From IMG/VR virus record IMGVR_UViG_2974751360_000001, positions 3,663 to 67,662 of that record: a stretch of 64,000 nt of DNA. The stretch is one strand, 5' to 3'. The DNA is from a virus. Taxonomy: Duplodnaviria > Caudoviricetes. The position numbers and the translations under genes are program-made. Below, piece by piece: positions 8,682-19,104 of this stretch (position 1 is the first letter of the stretch; the number at the start of each line of letters is the position of its first letter). Under the pieces are notes generated by a model. The model was not told where the DNA came from and did no database searches. It saw only the letters and a list, made by a program, of their open reading frames with translations.

Positions 8682-9109
8682 CCGGCCGGGCCCCGAAGCT
8701 CTGCTCCTGGCGCGACCCTGAGAACCCCAGTCGAAAGTGCTCGCGCCGCGCCGAGGAGGCGCCGAACGGCGACGACTTCCGGTGTAAGGACCACTGGCGC
8801 AAGTCCTTCGGCGCCAAGGTGCCGCGCCGGGTTCGGCCACTCACGGAGGACGAGAAGAACTACATCCGCGAGCGCGACCACCACGTGTGTCGGGAGTGCG
8901 GGGAACCGGCGCACCAGGTCGATCACATCGTCGAGGTCGCCGACGGCGGGGGCAACGAGCCGAGCAACCTTCAGCTCCTCTGCGACGAGCACCACGCCGA
9001 CAAGACGCGCGCGAGCCAGGAGGCATGGGACCCTGGGATACGACGCCGGACGTCGGCGCGTGCGCAGGCGAAGAGGAAGGCACGGGCCGCGGGGCTCTAC
9101 GTGCAGTAG
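8678..9109 (+). CDS. HNH endonuclease (packaging-associated)
   Basis: CRECG...VDHIVEVADGGGNEPSNLQLLCDEHHADKT; next to terminase. Confidence 0.9.
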   Translation: MTGRAPKLCSWRDPENPSRKCSRRAEEAPNGDDFRCKDHWRKSFGAKVPRRVRPLTEDEKNYIRERDHHVCRECGEPAHQVDHIVEVADGGGNEPSNLQLLCDEHHADKTRASQEAWDPGIRRRTSARAQAKRKARAAGLYVQ

Positions 9110-9133
9110 ATCGGTCGACTGGGGAGGTCGCAG

Positions 9134-10864
9134 ATGAGGGTGGAATACCCGGCAGCCGAGGACGACGACGTCTTCTATCCGACCCTCGGTCCGCAGGTCG
9201 CCGACTTCATCGAGGCGAACTTCACCTACGGCCCGGGCTCGCTCCAGGGCCAGCCCGCGCGCCTGACCGATGACCAGCGCCGGGTGCTCTACCGAGCGTA
9301 CGAACACTTCCCGAAGGGGCACAAGCTCTACGGCATGGACATGTCCGGCCGACGCCGGTTCCAGCGGGTGTCGTGGTCGGTGCGCAAGGGATCGGCGAAG
9401 ACCGAGTTCATGGCCTGGGTCACTGGCTGCGAGTTGCACCCCGACGCGCCGGTGCGCTTCAACGGCTACATCGAGGACATCACCGAGGCGCAGGAGGAGG
9501 CCTGGACCGAGGAGGACCAGGAGCGCTACACCAAGTTCGGCCTCGCGCCCGGCCGCGCCGTCAACAACCCCTACATCCCTCTGCTGGCCTACACCAAGGA
9601 CCAGACCGAGGAGCTGGCGTTCGGTGCGCTCCGGTCTATCCTGGAGACCACTCCGGACGCCGACCGGCTCTTCGACATCGGCAAGCAACGGATCATCCGG
9701 AAGAATGAGTACGGCGCCGAGGACGGCAAGTGCCACGCGCTCGCCGGTAACCCGAACTCGGCCGACGGCGCGCGTACCACCTTCCAGGGCCTCGACGAGA
9801 CCCACCGTCTCTACACCGACACCCACCGCGACGCCATCGAGACGATGCTTCAGAACCTCCCGAAGAGGCCGATGGAGGACCCGTGGCAGCTCGCGATCAC
9901 CACCGCGGGTGAGCCCGGCCAGGGGTCCTACGCCGAGGACGAGTACAAGGAGGGAATCGCTTGTGCCGCAGGGAAGAAGAAGTCCGAGGGCTTCTACTTC
10001 CTGCACCGTCAGGCCCCCGACGGCTCGAAGTTCAACACCATGCAGCAGCGCATGGAGGCGATCTGGTGGGCTACCTCCCCGTCGGTGCGCGAGTGGACGC
10101 GGTTCGACTCGATCGCGGCCAACTGGGACCGCGAGGGAGCCGACACCCAGTACCTCGAACGGGTGTGGACCAACCGGTGGACCCAGACCGCGTCGCAGGC
10201 CTTCAACCGCGAGGAGTTCGAGGCCCTCGGCGACTCCCGGTTCCGCATCCCCGACGGCGCGTTCGTCACCGTCGGCTTCGACGGTGCGAAGTTCCAGGAC
10301 TCGACCGGCTTCGTCGTCACCGACATCGAGACCGGCCGACAGAACGTACTCGGCTTCTGGGAGCGGCCGGACGACTCGGTGCTCGGGAAGAACGCCGACG
10401 GGACCCGGGTGAAGTGGCAGGTTCCCGAGGCCGAGGTCAACGCGACCTTCGACGACATCATGCGCCGGTTCAAGGTCTGGCGGGTCTACGCCGATCCCCC
10501 GCACTGGGTGGAGACCGTCGGCCACTGGCACGCGAAGCACCCCGACCAGGTCTTCGAGTTCTGGACCAAGGACCCAACGCGGATGTACTACGCGGTGAAG
10601 GGGTACCGCAGCGCCATCTCTAGCGGGGACGTGTCGCACGATGGGGACCCCGACTTCGTCGACCACATCGGCAACGCGGGCAAGCGCACGACCCGTGGCG
10701 AGGACGAGGACGGGCAGCCGCGGTTCGTCCTGACGAAGATCTCCTACGAGCGCAAGTTCGACCTCGCGATGGCAGGCATCCTATCGTGGGAGGCGCGAAT
10801 GGACGCGATCAACGAGGGTGCCGAGCCGCCGGTCGACACCTGGGAGATCATCCGGGCCCGATGA
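9134..10864 (+). CDS. terminase large subunit
   Basis: VRKGSAKTE Walker A-like, GLDETH Walker B, ITTAG, GFDGAKFQDST nuclease, KFDLAMA. Confidence 0.92.
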   Translation: MRVEYPAAEDDDVFYPTLGPQVADFIEANFTYGPGSLQGQPARLTDDQRRVLYRAYEHFPKGHKLYGMDMSGRRRFQRVSWSVRKGSAKTEFMAWVTGCELHPDAPVRFNGYIEDITEAQEEAWTEEDQERYTKFGLAPGRAVNNPYIPLLAYTKDQTEELAFGALRSILETTPDADRLFDIGKQRIIRKNEYGAEDGKCHALAGNPNSADGARTTFQGLDETHRLYTDTHRDAIETMLQNLPKRPMEDPWQLAITTAGEPGQGSYAEDEYKEGIACAAGKKKSEGFYFLHRQAPDGSKFNTMQQRMEAIWWATSPSVREWTRFDSIAANWDREGADTQYLERVWTNRWTQTASQAFNREEFEALGDSRFRIPDGAFVTVGFDGAKFQDSTGFVVTDIETGRQNVLGFWERPDDSVLGKNADGTRVKWQVPEAEVNATFDDIMRRFKVWRVYADPPHWVETVGHWHAKHPDQVFEFWTKDPTRMYYAVKGYRSAISSGDVSHDGDPDFVDHIGNAGKRTTRGEDEDGQPRFVLTKISYERKFDLAMAGILSWEARMDAINEGAEPPVDTWEIIRAR

Positions 10865-10906
10865 CCAGACTGTTACAGTTGGCGCAAACCAGAGAAGGAG
10901 TCTGAC

Positions 10907-12484
10907 GTGGCGGTGACCCGCGGCCAGGTGGTGAAGGCCATTCCGCCAGGCGAAGACGACAAGCCCGGGGAGGCGTGGTTCGTCGTCTACCTGCTGAAGG
11001 AGCTCATCTCTCGGCGGGATCGGTACGACCGCCTGCGCAAGTACATCGAGGGCGATCCGCCCAAGCCCCAGACTCCGCGCAACACTCCGGAGGACTCCTG
11101 GAAGGAGTTCGAGGCCTTCCGGCGCATCAGCCGGACCAACCTCGCCGGGCAGATCGTCGCCGCGTGTGTCGACCGCACCGCGGTGCAGGCCTTCCGTACC
11201 GCCGCCGAGTACGACACCGACGGCGACAAGCAGGCCCGGAAGCTCTGGGACGACAACGACATGGACGTCAAGGGCGTCGACGCGATGTCGGACACCTTCG
11301 CCTACGGCCTGGGTCTCCTGCTGGCCGATCCGATCACGAAGAGGGCCAAGCACTTCCGCCCCTGGCAGGCCGTCGTCATCAACGACGCCGCCGACGAGCC
11401 GCGTGCCGCGCTCACCATCGAGCACAACCCTGTCGAGGGCCGCGACTACGCACACCTGTACCTGCGCGACGTCGACGAAAATGGCATGGCGACCGGCAAG
11501 GTCGAGGTTCACATCGCGGTGCGCGACCGAGACCAGCGGGCCTCGATGAAGGGCGGGATCTTCGCGAAGTCCGTTCCCCTGAACACCTACCTCACCCAGC
11601 GGTGGGTGTGGTGGAAGACCGTCACGACTGACCTGGAGACGATCCCCCTCGTCCCGTTCGACAACCGTGAGGGCCACAGCGAGATCGAGAACGACACCGA
11701 TATTCTCGACCGGATCAACTACCAGATCCTCCAGCGGGTCGTGATCATCACGATGCAGGCCTTCAAGCAGCGTGCGATCAAGGGCAAGTTCCCGAAGTAC
11801 GACTCTCAGGGCAACGAGATCGACTACGACAAGATGTTCCCGGCCGACCCCAACGCGCTCTGGCTGCTGCCGGAGGACGCCGACATCTGGGAGTCCGGCC
11901 AGGCACAGATCCAGGACATCCTCTCCGCGGTGAAGGATGACGTCCGCGACCTCGCGTCGGTCACGCGCACGCCGATGAACTACTTCCAGTCCGACTCGGC
12001 CAACCAGTCGGCGACCGGGTCGGAGCTCCAGAACGACTCCTACCTGCTGAAGATCCGCGACCGCAAGGCCCGGATGCGCGGCCGGTGGGTCCGGTTCATG
12101 TCGCTGATGTTCCAGATCAACGGCGACACAGAGCGCTCGAACATCGAGAAGCTCGCGGTCATCTGGATGCCGAGCGACAACGTCTCGATCTCGGATCGCT
12201 ACAGCGCTGCCAGCCAGGCGAAGGCGTTGGGCCTGTCGATGCGGACGATCATGCGCGAGGTGCTCAACTTCGATCCGGAGACCATCGAGGTCGCCGAGCT
12301 GGAGCTGATCTCCGAGACGCTGAAGAACGCGATCCGGCCGCAGGACGCCGGGACGACGACCGGCGCCAGCCCGGCGCAGCAGACGCCCCTCCAGGCTCGC
12401 GCGGCGTCGGCCACCGCGCTCGCGACAAGCAACGGCGCGACCAGTAGGTCCACCGGCGCGACGGCCGGACGGAGCGGCCAGTGA
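10907..12484 (+). CDS. portal protein
   Basis: Follows terminase; 525 aa; LWDDNDMD and ILDRINY motifs of SPP1-type portals. Confidence 0.88.
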   Translation: MAVTRGQVVKAIPPGEDDKPGEAWFVVYLLKELISRRDRYDRLRKYIEGDPPKPQTPRNTPEDSWKEFEAFRRISRTNLAGQIVAACVDRTAVQAFRTAAEYDTDGDKQARKLWDDNDMDVKGVDAMSDTFAYGLGLLLADPITKRAKHFRPWQAVVINDAADEPRAALTIEHNPVEGRDYAHLYLRDVDENGMATGKVEVHIAVRDRDQRASMKGGIFAKSVPLNTYLTQRWVWWKTVTTDLETIPLVPFDNREGHSEIENDTDILDRINYQILQRVVIITMQAFKQRAIKGKFPKYDSQGNEIDYDKMFPADPNALWLLPEDADIWESGQAQIQDILSAVKDDVRDLASVTRTPMNYFQSDSANQSATGSELQNDSYLLKIRDRKARMRGRWVRFMSLMFQINGDTERSNIEKLAVIWMPSDNVSISDRYSAASQAKALGLSMRTIMREVLNFDPETIEVAELELISETLKNAIRPQDAGTTTGASPAQQTPLQARAASATALATSNGATSRSTGATAGRSGQ

Positions 12485-13869
12485 CCACCCCAGGATCGCT
12501 GCTGCCGCGGCCGAGCCTGCTCGACGTCCCGCCGGTGCCGCCCGACGAGATGACGGCCGAAGAGCAGGAGGCATGGATCGTCGCGCAGGTCGCCGCGATC
12601 ACCCTCGGAGCCGCCGCGGCACGAGAGGCAACGACGAACGCTGTTGTTCTGCAACTGGTTCCGATGCTCCGACTGATCAACCCCTACAACGAGACCGCGG
12701 TGACCCGGTTCGCGCTGGAGGCCGCGAGCCTGGTCGGCCAGGGCATCGAGCAGATCGGCCAGATCGCGTGGTCCGCGGTGTCGACGCGCCTCGGCGTGCA
12801 GGGGTACCGACTCGGTCAGGCCTATCGGACGCCGACCGACGGCCGGACGACCGACCTCGCCGTGGCGTACAAGAGGGTCGCCGCGGACTACCGCTACCGC
12901 GTGTCCCAGGGGGTCGAGTCAATCGCCGGGACAATCCAGCAGGCCGAGGAGGAGCGGTTCCAGGCCATCGGTGGGGCCGTGGTTGCCGAGGGACGCCGAG
13001 GGGAGAGCAATGCCGAAGTCAAAGGGACGTCGCGGTCACCGGGAAAGACTGGCGGCTCGAAGTCGACGAGCGGAGGCGGAAGCGGAGCGGACCGGTCTGG
13101 ATCCGCGAAAGGCTCCGATGCTGCATCGGGTGCTGGCTCAGCGGGCAAGGGTGGAGCGTCGTCAGGCGGAAGCGGCGCAGGAGCGGGGACTCCACCGAAG
13201 AAGTCTGATCGACGAGTCAATGAGACCGCCGACGACTTCCCGACCCGAGATGCCGACCCTGCCGCGGGAGCCCCTGCGGCCGGAGACGTCGCCGACGAAG
13301 ACGCCGCTCGGGTTGAAGCCGAGCTTCGCCGCGAAGCCGCGCTGAGCGACGCCGAGAAGCAGACGCTCCTCGAACAGGTCGCCCAGCAGGAGATGGAGAT
13401 CCGTCTCGAACGCATGGTCAACGACGACATGGCGATGGCGGCGCGCTCGGCGTTCCGAGACGCGATCCAGTCGGCGCCGAAGGGCGTGATCACCGGCTAC
13501 CGGCGGGTGCTGCACCCCGAGTTGTCGCAGTCCGGCCAGTCGTGCGGCCTGTGCATCGCGGCGTCGACTCGCATCTACAAGGCCAAAAACCTTATGCCGC
13601 TGCACAATCTGTGCAACTGCGAGCCAGTGGAGATCGTCAAGGGTCGGGACGTCGGTGATCAGATCAACGACGAAGACCTGGAGATACTCTATGGTGAGGC
13701 GGGGGATAGCACCCACCGAACGGATCTCTCGAACACGAAGTGGACTGTGTTCGAGCACCCGGAGCTCGGACCGGTCCTGCGGTCGGTGCCTCGGAATAAG
13801 AAGAGGAAGCCCGTGGACATCGAGTTCAGCTCGCGGGAGTCAGCCAGCGACCGGGGAGGTCAATCATGA
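12481..13869 (+). CDS. capsid maturation / MuF-like head protein
   Basis: GYRRVLHPE...SCGLCIAASTRIY...PLHNLCNC; between portal and scaffold. Confidence 0.7.
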   Translation: MTTPGSLLPRPSLLDVPPVPPDEMTAEEQEAWIVAQVAAITLGAAAAREATTNAVVLQLVPMLRLINPYNETAVTRFALEAASLVGQGIEQIGQIAWSAVSTRLGVQGYRLGQAYRTPTDGRTTDLAVAYKRVAADYRYRVSQGVESIAGTIQQAEEERFQAIGGAVVAEGRRGESNAEVKGTSRSPGKTGGSKSTSGGGSGADRSGSAKGSDAASGAGSAGKGGASSGGSGAGAGTPPKKSDRRVNETADDFPTRDADPAAGAPAAGDVADEDAARVEAELRREAALSDAEKQTLLEQVAQQEMEIRLERMVNDDMAMAARSAFRDAIQSAPKGVITGYRRVLHPELSQSGQSCGLCIAASTRIYKAKNLMPLHNLCNCEPVEIVKGRDVGDQINDEDLEILYGEAGDSTHRTDLSNTKWTVFEHPELGPVLRSVPRNKKRKPVDIEFSSRESASDRGGQS

Positions 13870-14549
13870 AGTACGCCAACAAGTCCCGCATCATCGCCGC
13901 AGCCATACCGCTCGACGGCCTGGTCCCCTTCTCGGGCCGACCCGCTCGCGCCGGTCGGGCGATCCCGCGTCGCGACCCCGATCCGAACGAGCACGGCGGG
14001 AAGGACCCGAAGGACAAGGACGATCCGGACAAGGACAACCCGGACGACGATCCGTCGAAGAAGACCGACGACGATGACGATCCGAAGCCGATCGACGTCA
14101 CCCAGACCCAGGCGTACAAGGACGAGAAGGCTCGCGCTGACAAGGCCGAGCGCGAACTCAACACGCTGAAGCGCAAGGGCATGAGCCAGGACGAACAGGC
14201 TCGTGCCGACGAACTCGACGCCGCCGTCAACACCGCAGTGTCGGCGAAGGAGGTCGAGCTGACCGACCACTACGAGGGTCGGATCGCCGCGCTCCAGGAG
14301 CAGATCATCGAGACCGCGATCGACAACGTCTTCGCCAGCGGCGGTCTCCAGCGCAAAGACTACGACGACGTCATCGCGACTTTGGACAAGACCAAGTTCG
14401 TCAAGGACGATGGCAGTGTTGATCGGGAGAAGGTCACCAAGGCCCTGTCCCCCATCACCCGAGCGGCGACCTCGCGGCCACCGCGCACCACCAGCGGTCG
14501 ATCGACCGGGGACCGTGGCTTCGGCCGTTACCTCCCGCAGAACGACTGA
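13866..14549 (+). CDS. scaffolding protein
   Basis: Acidic DPK repeats plus coiled coil; position before capsid genes. Confidence 0.75.
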   Translation: MKYANKSRIIAAAIPLDGLVPFSGRPARAGRAIPRRDPDPNEHGGKDPKDKDDPDKDNPDDDPSKKTDDDDDPKPIDVTQTQAYKDEKARADKAERELNTLKRKGMSQDEQARADELDAAVNTAVSAKEVELTDHYEGRIAALQEQIIETAIDNVFASGGLQRKDYDDVIATLDKTKFVKDDGSVDREKVTKALSPITRAATSRPPRTTSGRSTGDRGFGRYLPQND

Positions 14550-14566
14550 GAGAAGGAGAAGGCTCA

Positions 14567-14986
14567 ATGGCCGGATTGACCCCCACGCGGACTACCAACG
14601 CGAACGTCCGCGACCACACCTGGATGGCGTCGCGCGAAGGCCTGGAGAACGCTCACAGCGCCACGCTCGACGCGACCAGTCTCTCGGCTGCCGGTAACCA
14701 CCGGCTCCAGAACTGGCTGCGCGGCGGCACGCCCCTCGGTGAGATCACCGCCGTCGGACCGAAGAAGGGCCAGTACGGGCTCTACGACCCCACGGCCACC
14801 GACGGCCGACAGAAGCACGCCGGGTTCCTTGTGGACGCGGTTCAGCTCGTCGACCCGGTCACCGGCGTGGCGAACGTCCCCCTCACCGGGGCGATCCTCC
14901 GGAAGGGTCAGGTGCTCGTCAATCGCCTGCCGGTCGCGTTCGATGCGACCGACGCCGACGTGTCGCCGCACTTCATCTACCGGTAG
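14567..14986 (+). CDS. head decoration protein
   Basis: GTPLGEIT...YGLYDPTATDGRQKHAGFL typical of lambda-D-like decoration proteins. Confidence 0.75.
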   Translation: MAGLTPTRTTNANVRDHTWMASREGLENAHSATLDATSLSAAGNHRLQNWLRGGTPLGEITAVGPKKGQYGLYDPTATDGRQKHAGFLVDAVQLVDPVTGVANVPLTGAILRKGQVLVNRLPVAFDATDADVSPHFIYR

Positions 14987-15024
14987 AGACCAGGGTCCTC
15001 GGACCAGAAGACAGGAGAGGGTAA

Positions 15025-16095
15025 ATGCCCATCAATCGCGATTTCGTCGACCCGGCTGAGTTGACGAGTCAGGTCCGAGTGGCTCTGGCCGACCAGGACA
15101 TCAACGGCCCGAACACTCTCGCGCCGTACCTGCCGTCGGAGACCGTCGACGACATCGAGTACGAGACCGAGACCGGTGAAGGTGGCCTGATCGAGGCTGC
15201 CATGTACCGCGCGTTCGACGCCGAGCTGCCGCTGACCAACGACGAGGCGCTCGGTCAGGCCCGCGGTCGTATCCACCCGCTCGGCCAGAAGATCCCCCTC
15301 CTGGAGGAGGATCGCATCCGGCTGCGCAACGGTGCCGAGGATGGCCTGCGCGCCTACATCGACCGCGTGTCGCGTCGCATCGCCAAGGCGGTCGCGCTCC
15401 AGATCAACCTGAAGCGTGCCGAGGCGCTGGCGACCGGCAAGCTGCACTTCGTCGGCAACCGGCAGAACTTCGACGTCGACTTCGGCCGACGCGCGGACTT
15501 CACCTTCACCGCGGCGGATCTGTTCACCGACCTGGACGTCAACCCGTTCCAGGTGCTGGAGCAGATGAACCAGAACTACCTGGACGAGAACGGTTTCGAG
15601 ATCGAGACCTTCCTCGCGTCGCAGCAGGTGAAGAACGCCTTCTACCGGCACCCGATGGTCACCGCGCTGGCCTTCGGCCGGAAGGTGTCCGACATCGACG
15701 CGGGCATGGTGGCACCGGCCTCGGCGATCGACGCTCTCTTCGGCGAGCGCGACCTGCCTGGTTTCACCAAGACCGGCGGTCGCGTCAAGGTGCGCAACCT
15801 CGACGAGTCGGTGACGATCAAGGACCTGCTCCCGCGGGACACCCTGATCGCCGTCACCACGAAGGGCGACCCGGCAGTGGCGGGGTCGAGCGTCCTGGGC
15901 TCCACCATGTGGGGCAAGACCATCGAGGCCGACAAGCCCGACTGGGGTCTGACCGATCAGGGTGACGGTCCGGGCATCGTCGCTGCCGTCCACGACAACG
16001 ACGACGTCCCGGCTCGCATGTGGGTCTCGGCCCACGCGATCGCGATGCCGGTCCTCATCAACCCCAACTACACGATGGCCGCGAAGGTGATCTGA
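15025..16095 (+). CDS. major capsid protein (major capsid E-like)
   Basis: 356 aa; YRAFDAE, ALATGK, VDFGR, AMPVL motifs. Confidence 0.88.
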   Translation: MPINRDFVDPAELTSQVRVALADQDINGPNTLAPYLPSETVDDIEYETETGEGGLIEAAMYRAFDAELPLTNDEALGQARGRIHPLGQKIPLLEEDRIRLRNGAEDGLRAYIDRVSRRIAKAVALQINLKRAEALATGKLHFVGNRQNFDVDFGRRADFTFTAADLFTDLDVNPFQVLEQMNQNYLDENGFEIETFLASQQVKNAFYRHPMVTALAFGRKVSDIDAGMVAPASAIDALFGERDLPGFTKTGGRVKVRNLDESVTIKDLLPRDTLIAVTTKGDPAVAGSSVLGSTMWGKTIEADKPDWGLTDQGDGPGIVAAVHDNDDVPARMWVSAHAIAMPVLINPNYTMAAKVI

Positions 16096-16096
16096 G

Positions 16097-16555
16097 ATGG
16101 CGAAGCTGAAGACCTACGTCTGGCTCGAAGACCCTGACGGAGACACCCCCGGAGCGCTCGTGTCGTTCGGCCCGGAGGACACCCTCCCGGCCTGGGCCGA
16201 GAAGAAGCTCGAAGGGAAGAAGCACCTCTTCGAGGCTTCCGACGCCATCGCGGCCTCGGCCGTCGACATCCCCCTCCCGAAGGACCGGAAGCCCGAGGGC
16301 GACCGGGACTACAAGGCGACCGGCGAGACCGTCGGCCGGGAGCCAGCGGCCACCGAGAAGGGCGAGACCCAGCTCGAAGACCGCGAGGGCGAAGGCGACG
16401 ACGAGGGCGAGAGCGACGAGCCCCCGAAGGGCAACGCCTCGAAGGAGGCCTGGGCCCTCTTCGCAGGCGAGAACGGTGTCCCGGTCACCAAGGGCATGAG
16501 CCGCGATGACATCAAGGCCGCGTGCGCCGAGGCCGGGGTCTACAACCCGGAGTAG
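16097..16555 (+). CDS. head-associated protein with C-terminal small helical domain
   Basis: FGPEDTLPAWA N-terminus; PKGNASKEAW...MSRDDIKA C-terminus. Confidence 0.6.
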   Translation: MAKLKTYVWLEDPDGDTPGALVSFGPEDTLPAWAEKKLEGKKHLFEASDAIAASAVDIPLPKDRKPEGDRDYKATGETVGREPAATEKGETQLEDREGEGDDEGESDEPPKGNASKEAWALFAGENGVPVTKGMSRDDIKAACAEAGVYNPE

Positions 16556-16601
16556 TAACACCGACGACGAGGCCCGAAACAGGAACAGGGGAGGGGTGGA
16601 C

Positions 16602-17057
16602 ATGCCCGCATTGGCAACGTTCGAGGACGTCCAGAGCGGATATGAGAAGCCCATCCCCGGCTCTCTCCGACCAAAGGTCGAGAAGTTCCTGGATCGGGCC
16701 TCTCTTCGTCTGCACTTCATCGTGCCCAAGCTCGACGCGGCGCTGGCGAAGGCCTACGCCGAGAGCGACTACGATCCGGATGCTCCTGCCGGGGACGACA
16801 ACGAGATGCCTCGCGTCCCGGCATTCGTGCGCGACATGGTCGTGCAGGCCGCAGAGAACAAGCTGCGGAACTTCGGCGGGTTCTCCTCCGAATCGGCCGG
16901 TGTGTTCTCGGTGACCCGAGAGGACTACTGGGCCAAGGGTCGGATCTCGTTCGACCCTGAGGATCTCGTGCTGCTCAACGAGGCGATCGACGAGACCTTC
17001 GGCGCGTACCGAATGGGTCCCATCCGCTCCCACGTCCCCTGCACGAGGCTTCCGTGA
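16602..17057 (+). CDS. head-to-tail adaptor
   Basis: LATFEDV...RNFGGFSSESAGVFS; synteny. Confidence 0.7.
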   Translation: MPALATFEDVQSGYEKPIPGSLRPKVEKFLDRASLRLHFIVPKLDAALAKAYAESDYDPDAPAGDDNEMPRVPAFVRDMVVQAAENKLRNFGGFSSESAGVFSVTREDYWAKGRISFDPEDLVLLNEAIDETFGAYRMGPIRSHVPCTRLP

Positions 17058-17455
17058 TCGGGCTCAACGTCCTGGCCGGGTCGGTCGACGTCGAGGTCTG
17101 GGATAAACCAGCGGACTCATGGGGAGAGGGCAAGGCGGGTATGACCCTCCAGTTCACTCTGGAGATGGTCCCCATCGTCCCCCGCACCACCACGATCGCG
17201 TCGAACGACTCGTTCCGCGAACGCATCGAGTCCGGCTACACCATGTGGCTTTCGGCCGAGGACATCGCGCGACTGACGGAGAGCCAGGAGTTCCGCGTCG
17301 TCTTCCCGACCGGCCAGAAGGTGGCCTTCGCTCTCGATGGCTCCCTCGAAGGCCTGCTGTGGGACATGAACCCCCTCTCCAGCTTCAACATGGGCAACGA
17401 GGTCAATCTGAAGTTCCTCCGGCGGATCGGGAACCGCGGGGTCGACGATGAATGA
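17054..17455 (+). CDS. head-to-tail stopper
   Basis: Synteny, beta-rich 133 aa. Confidence 0.55.
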   Translation: MIGLNVLAGSVDVEVWDKPADSWGEGKAGMTLQFTLEMVPIVPRTTTIASNDSFRERIESGYTMWLSAEDIARLTESQEFRVVFPTGQKVAFALDGSLEGLLWDMNPLSSFNMGNEVNLKFLRRIGNRGVDDE

Positions 17456-17792
17456 CCGGATGCGCAACGGGTACCGACAGAACACGAAGGGCATGGGACA
17501 GTTGCTCCGGCGCTCGAAGCCCCTCGACCGCGCGCTGCGCTACCACGCCGTCCAGATCGCCTGGTACTACCGACGCAAGTACCCTCGGTCCAACGAGGTT
17601 GGAGCGCCGTCGGCCGACCAGGTGTCGGTGGTCAAGCGCGTGCCCGGCGGTCGGCGCAAGGACCGCATGGAGATGCGGATCGTCGCCCGCAACCAGAAGA
17701 ACATGAAGGCAATGTCGACCACCTTCCGCGGCGCCCTCGTGCGTGAGTCGGGAGGACGAAAGATCAGCGCCCGGGGGAGGGTCTCAGAATGA
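17448..17792 (+). CDS. neck / tail completion protein
   Basis: Basic 114 aa, synteny. Confidence 0.5.
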   Translation: MNDRMRNGYRQNTKGMGQLLRRSKPLDRALRYHAVQIAWYYRRKYPRSNEVGAPSADQVSVVKRVPGGRRKDRMEMRIVARNQKNMKAMSTTFRGALVRESGGRKISARGRVSE

Positions 17793-18304
17793 CGTGGGTG
17801 CAGCCAGACATCGGCGAATTGATCGCGGATGTGCGGGACAAGTTCGAGGGGTTCAACAGCGACTTCCCGGAAGGCGCAGTGTATCCCGACATCGAGAAGG
17901 TGTTCGCGTCCGTGCTCCGGCCGCTGGTCGAGAAGGACACCTACATCGGCAACTTCGTCATCGCCGACTACGACGAGGACGCGATCGACGAGGACACCGG
18001 CGAGGTGGCGTCGAGCCCCTTCATCGAGATCCACCGGCGGGGTGGGGAGTACGACCCCGACGACTTTAGCTATTACCCCAACGTCGAGATATTGTGCTGG
18101 GGGAAGTCGAGATCGGTGGCGAACAACACCGCAGACAAGGCTGCAATTCTGCTCCACGGCTGCGGCGGCGCTGAGATCGACGGCGTTCTGATCGACTTGG
18201 TCGAGGACGCAACCGGTGACGAGGAAGTTCGTCAGAACAACTTCGACGACCGGTGCGTGACGCGGCAGTTCCGGGCAGGATACCGACCCATCTACCCCGA
18301 CTGA
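17789..18304 (+). CDS. tail terminator
   Basis: PFIEIHRRGG motif; directly before major tail gene. Confidence 0.65.
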   Translation: MTWVQPDIGELIADVRDKFEGFNSDFPEGAVYPDIEKVFASVLRPLVEKDTYIGNFVIADYDEDAIDEDTGEVASSPFIEIHRRGGEYDPDDFSYYPNVEILCWGKSRSVANNTADKAAILLHGCGGAEIDGVLIDLVEDATGDEEVRQNNFDDRCVTRQFRAGYRPIYPD

Positions 18305-18334
18305 GTCGGGAACCGAAGATAAGGAGAAGGGCAG

Positions 18335-19018
18335 ATGCCTTCGTTTTCCGCACTCGCCAAGCGGCAGGGTGAGCTCATCCGCAAGCCCCTGGCGGGGATC
18401 ATCTGTGTCGCTCCCGAAGACTTCGAGATCGACGCCGACTTCAAGCTGACCACGCTCGCCGCCGGTGGCGCGATCGAGCTGGCCGACCTCTCCGGCTGGG
18501 ACCAGCTCGGCTGGGTCTCCAAGTCCGACGGTGTCGTGTTCTCGGCCGACACCGAGACCTCCGACGTCGAGTCGTGGGGCGCGTTGGAGCCGACCCGTTC
18601 CGACATCACCAAGGACGTCACCTCCGCGCAGTTCACCTGCCAGGAGACGAACAAGATCGTCCTGGAGATGTTCTACAACGTCGACCTCGAAACCACCCTC
18701 GGTGATTTCGATACCGGCGAGGTCGCGTTCAACCAGGCCGTCGATCCGACGACCACCTACCGACGGATGCTGTACCTGTCGAAGGACGGCAGTGGTCCGA
18801 AGGAGACCTTCATCGCGAAGCTGATGCCGCGAGGCTCGGTCACCGCGAAGTCGGATCAGAACTGGAACTCCGAGGACGCACTCGTCCACGGCATGACCTG
18901 TACCGCGAAGGTCGACGACGAGGTCGGCTACGCCGTCCGTCATCTGTTCGGCGGCGCCGGATGGAAGGCCAATCTGACCAAGATGGGCTTCACCCTCGCG
19001 CCCGACCCGACGCCGTAG
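18335..19018 (+). CDS. major tail protein
   Basis: LGWVSKSDGVVF...VESWGALEPTRSDI, typical actinophage tail tube. Confidence 0.85.
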   Translation: MPSFSALAKRQGELIRKPLAGIICVAPEDFEIDADFKLTTLAAGGAIELADLSGWDQLGWVSKSDGVVFSADTETSDVESWGALEPTRSDITKDVTSAQFTCQETNKIVLEMFYNVDLETTLGDFDTGEVAFNQAVDPTTTYRRMLYLSKDGSGPKETFIAKLMPRGSVTAKSDQNWNSEDALVHGMTCTAKVDDEVGYAVRHLFGGAGWKANLTKMGFTLAPDPTP

Positions 19019-19021
19019 AGC

Positions 19022-19063
19022 CCAGCCCGGCCCGCTCTTCCTCCCCGGTAGCGGGCCGGGTTG
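19022..19063 (+). terminator. hairpin after major tail gene
   Basis: CCAGCCCGGCCCGCT...AGCGGGCCGGGTTGG. Confidence 0.5.
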
Positions 19064-19104
19064 GTCCCACCGGGGAGGGCCATCACCAAGACCAGGAGAA
19101 GATC

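Noticed and set aside
10866-10900. CAGTTGGCGCAAAC before the portal gene as another operator copy
   Set aside because: Too degenerate, with no properly spaced -35/-10 pair.
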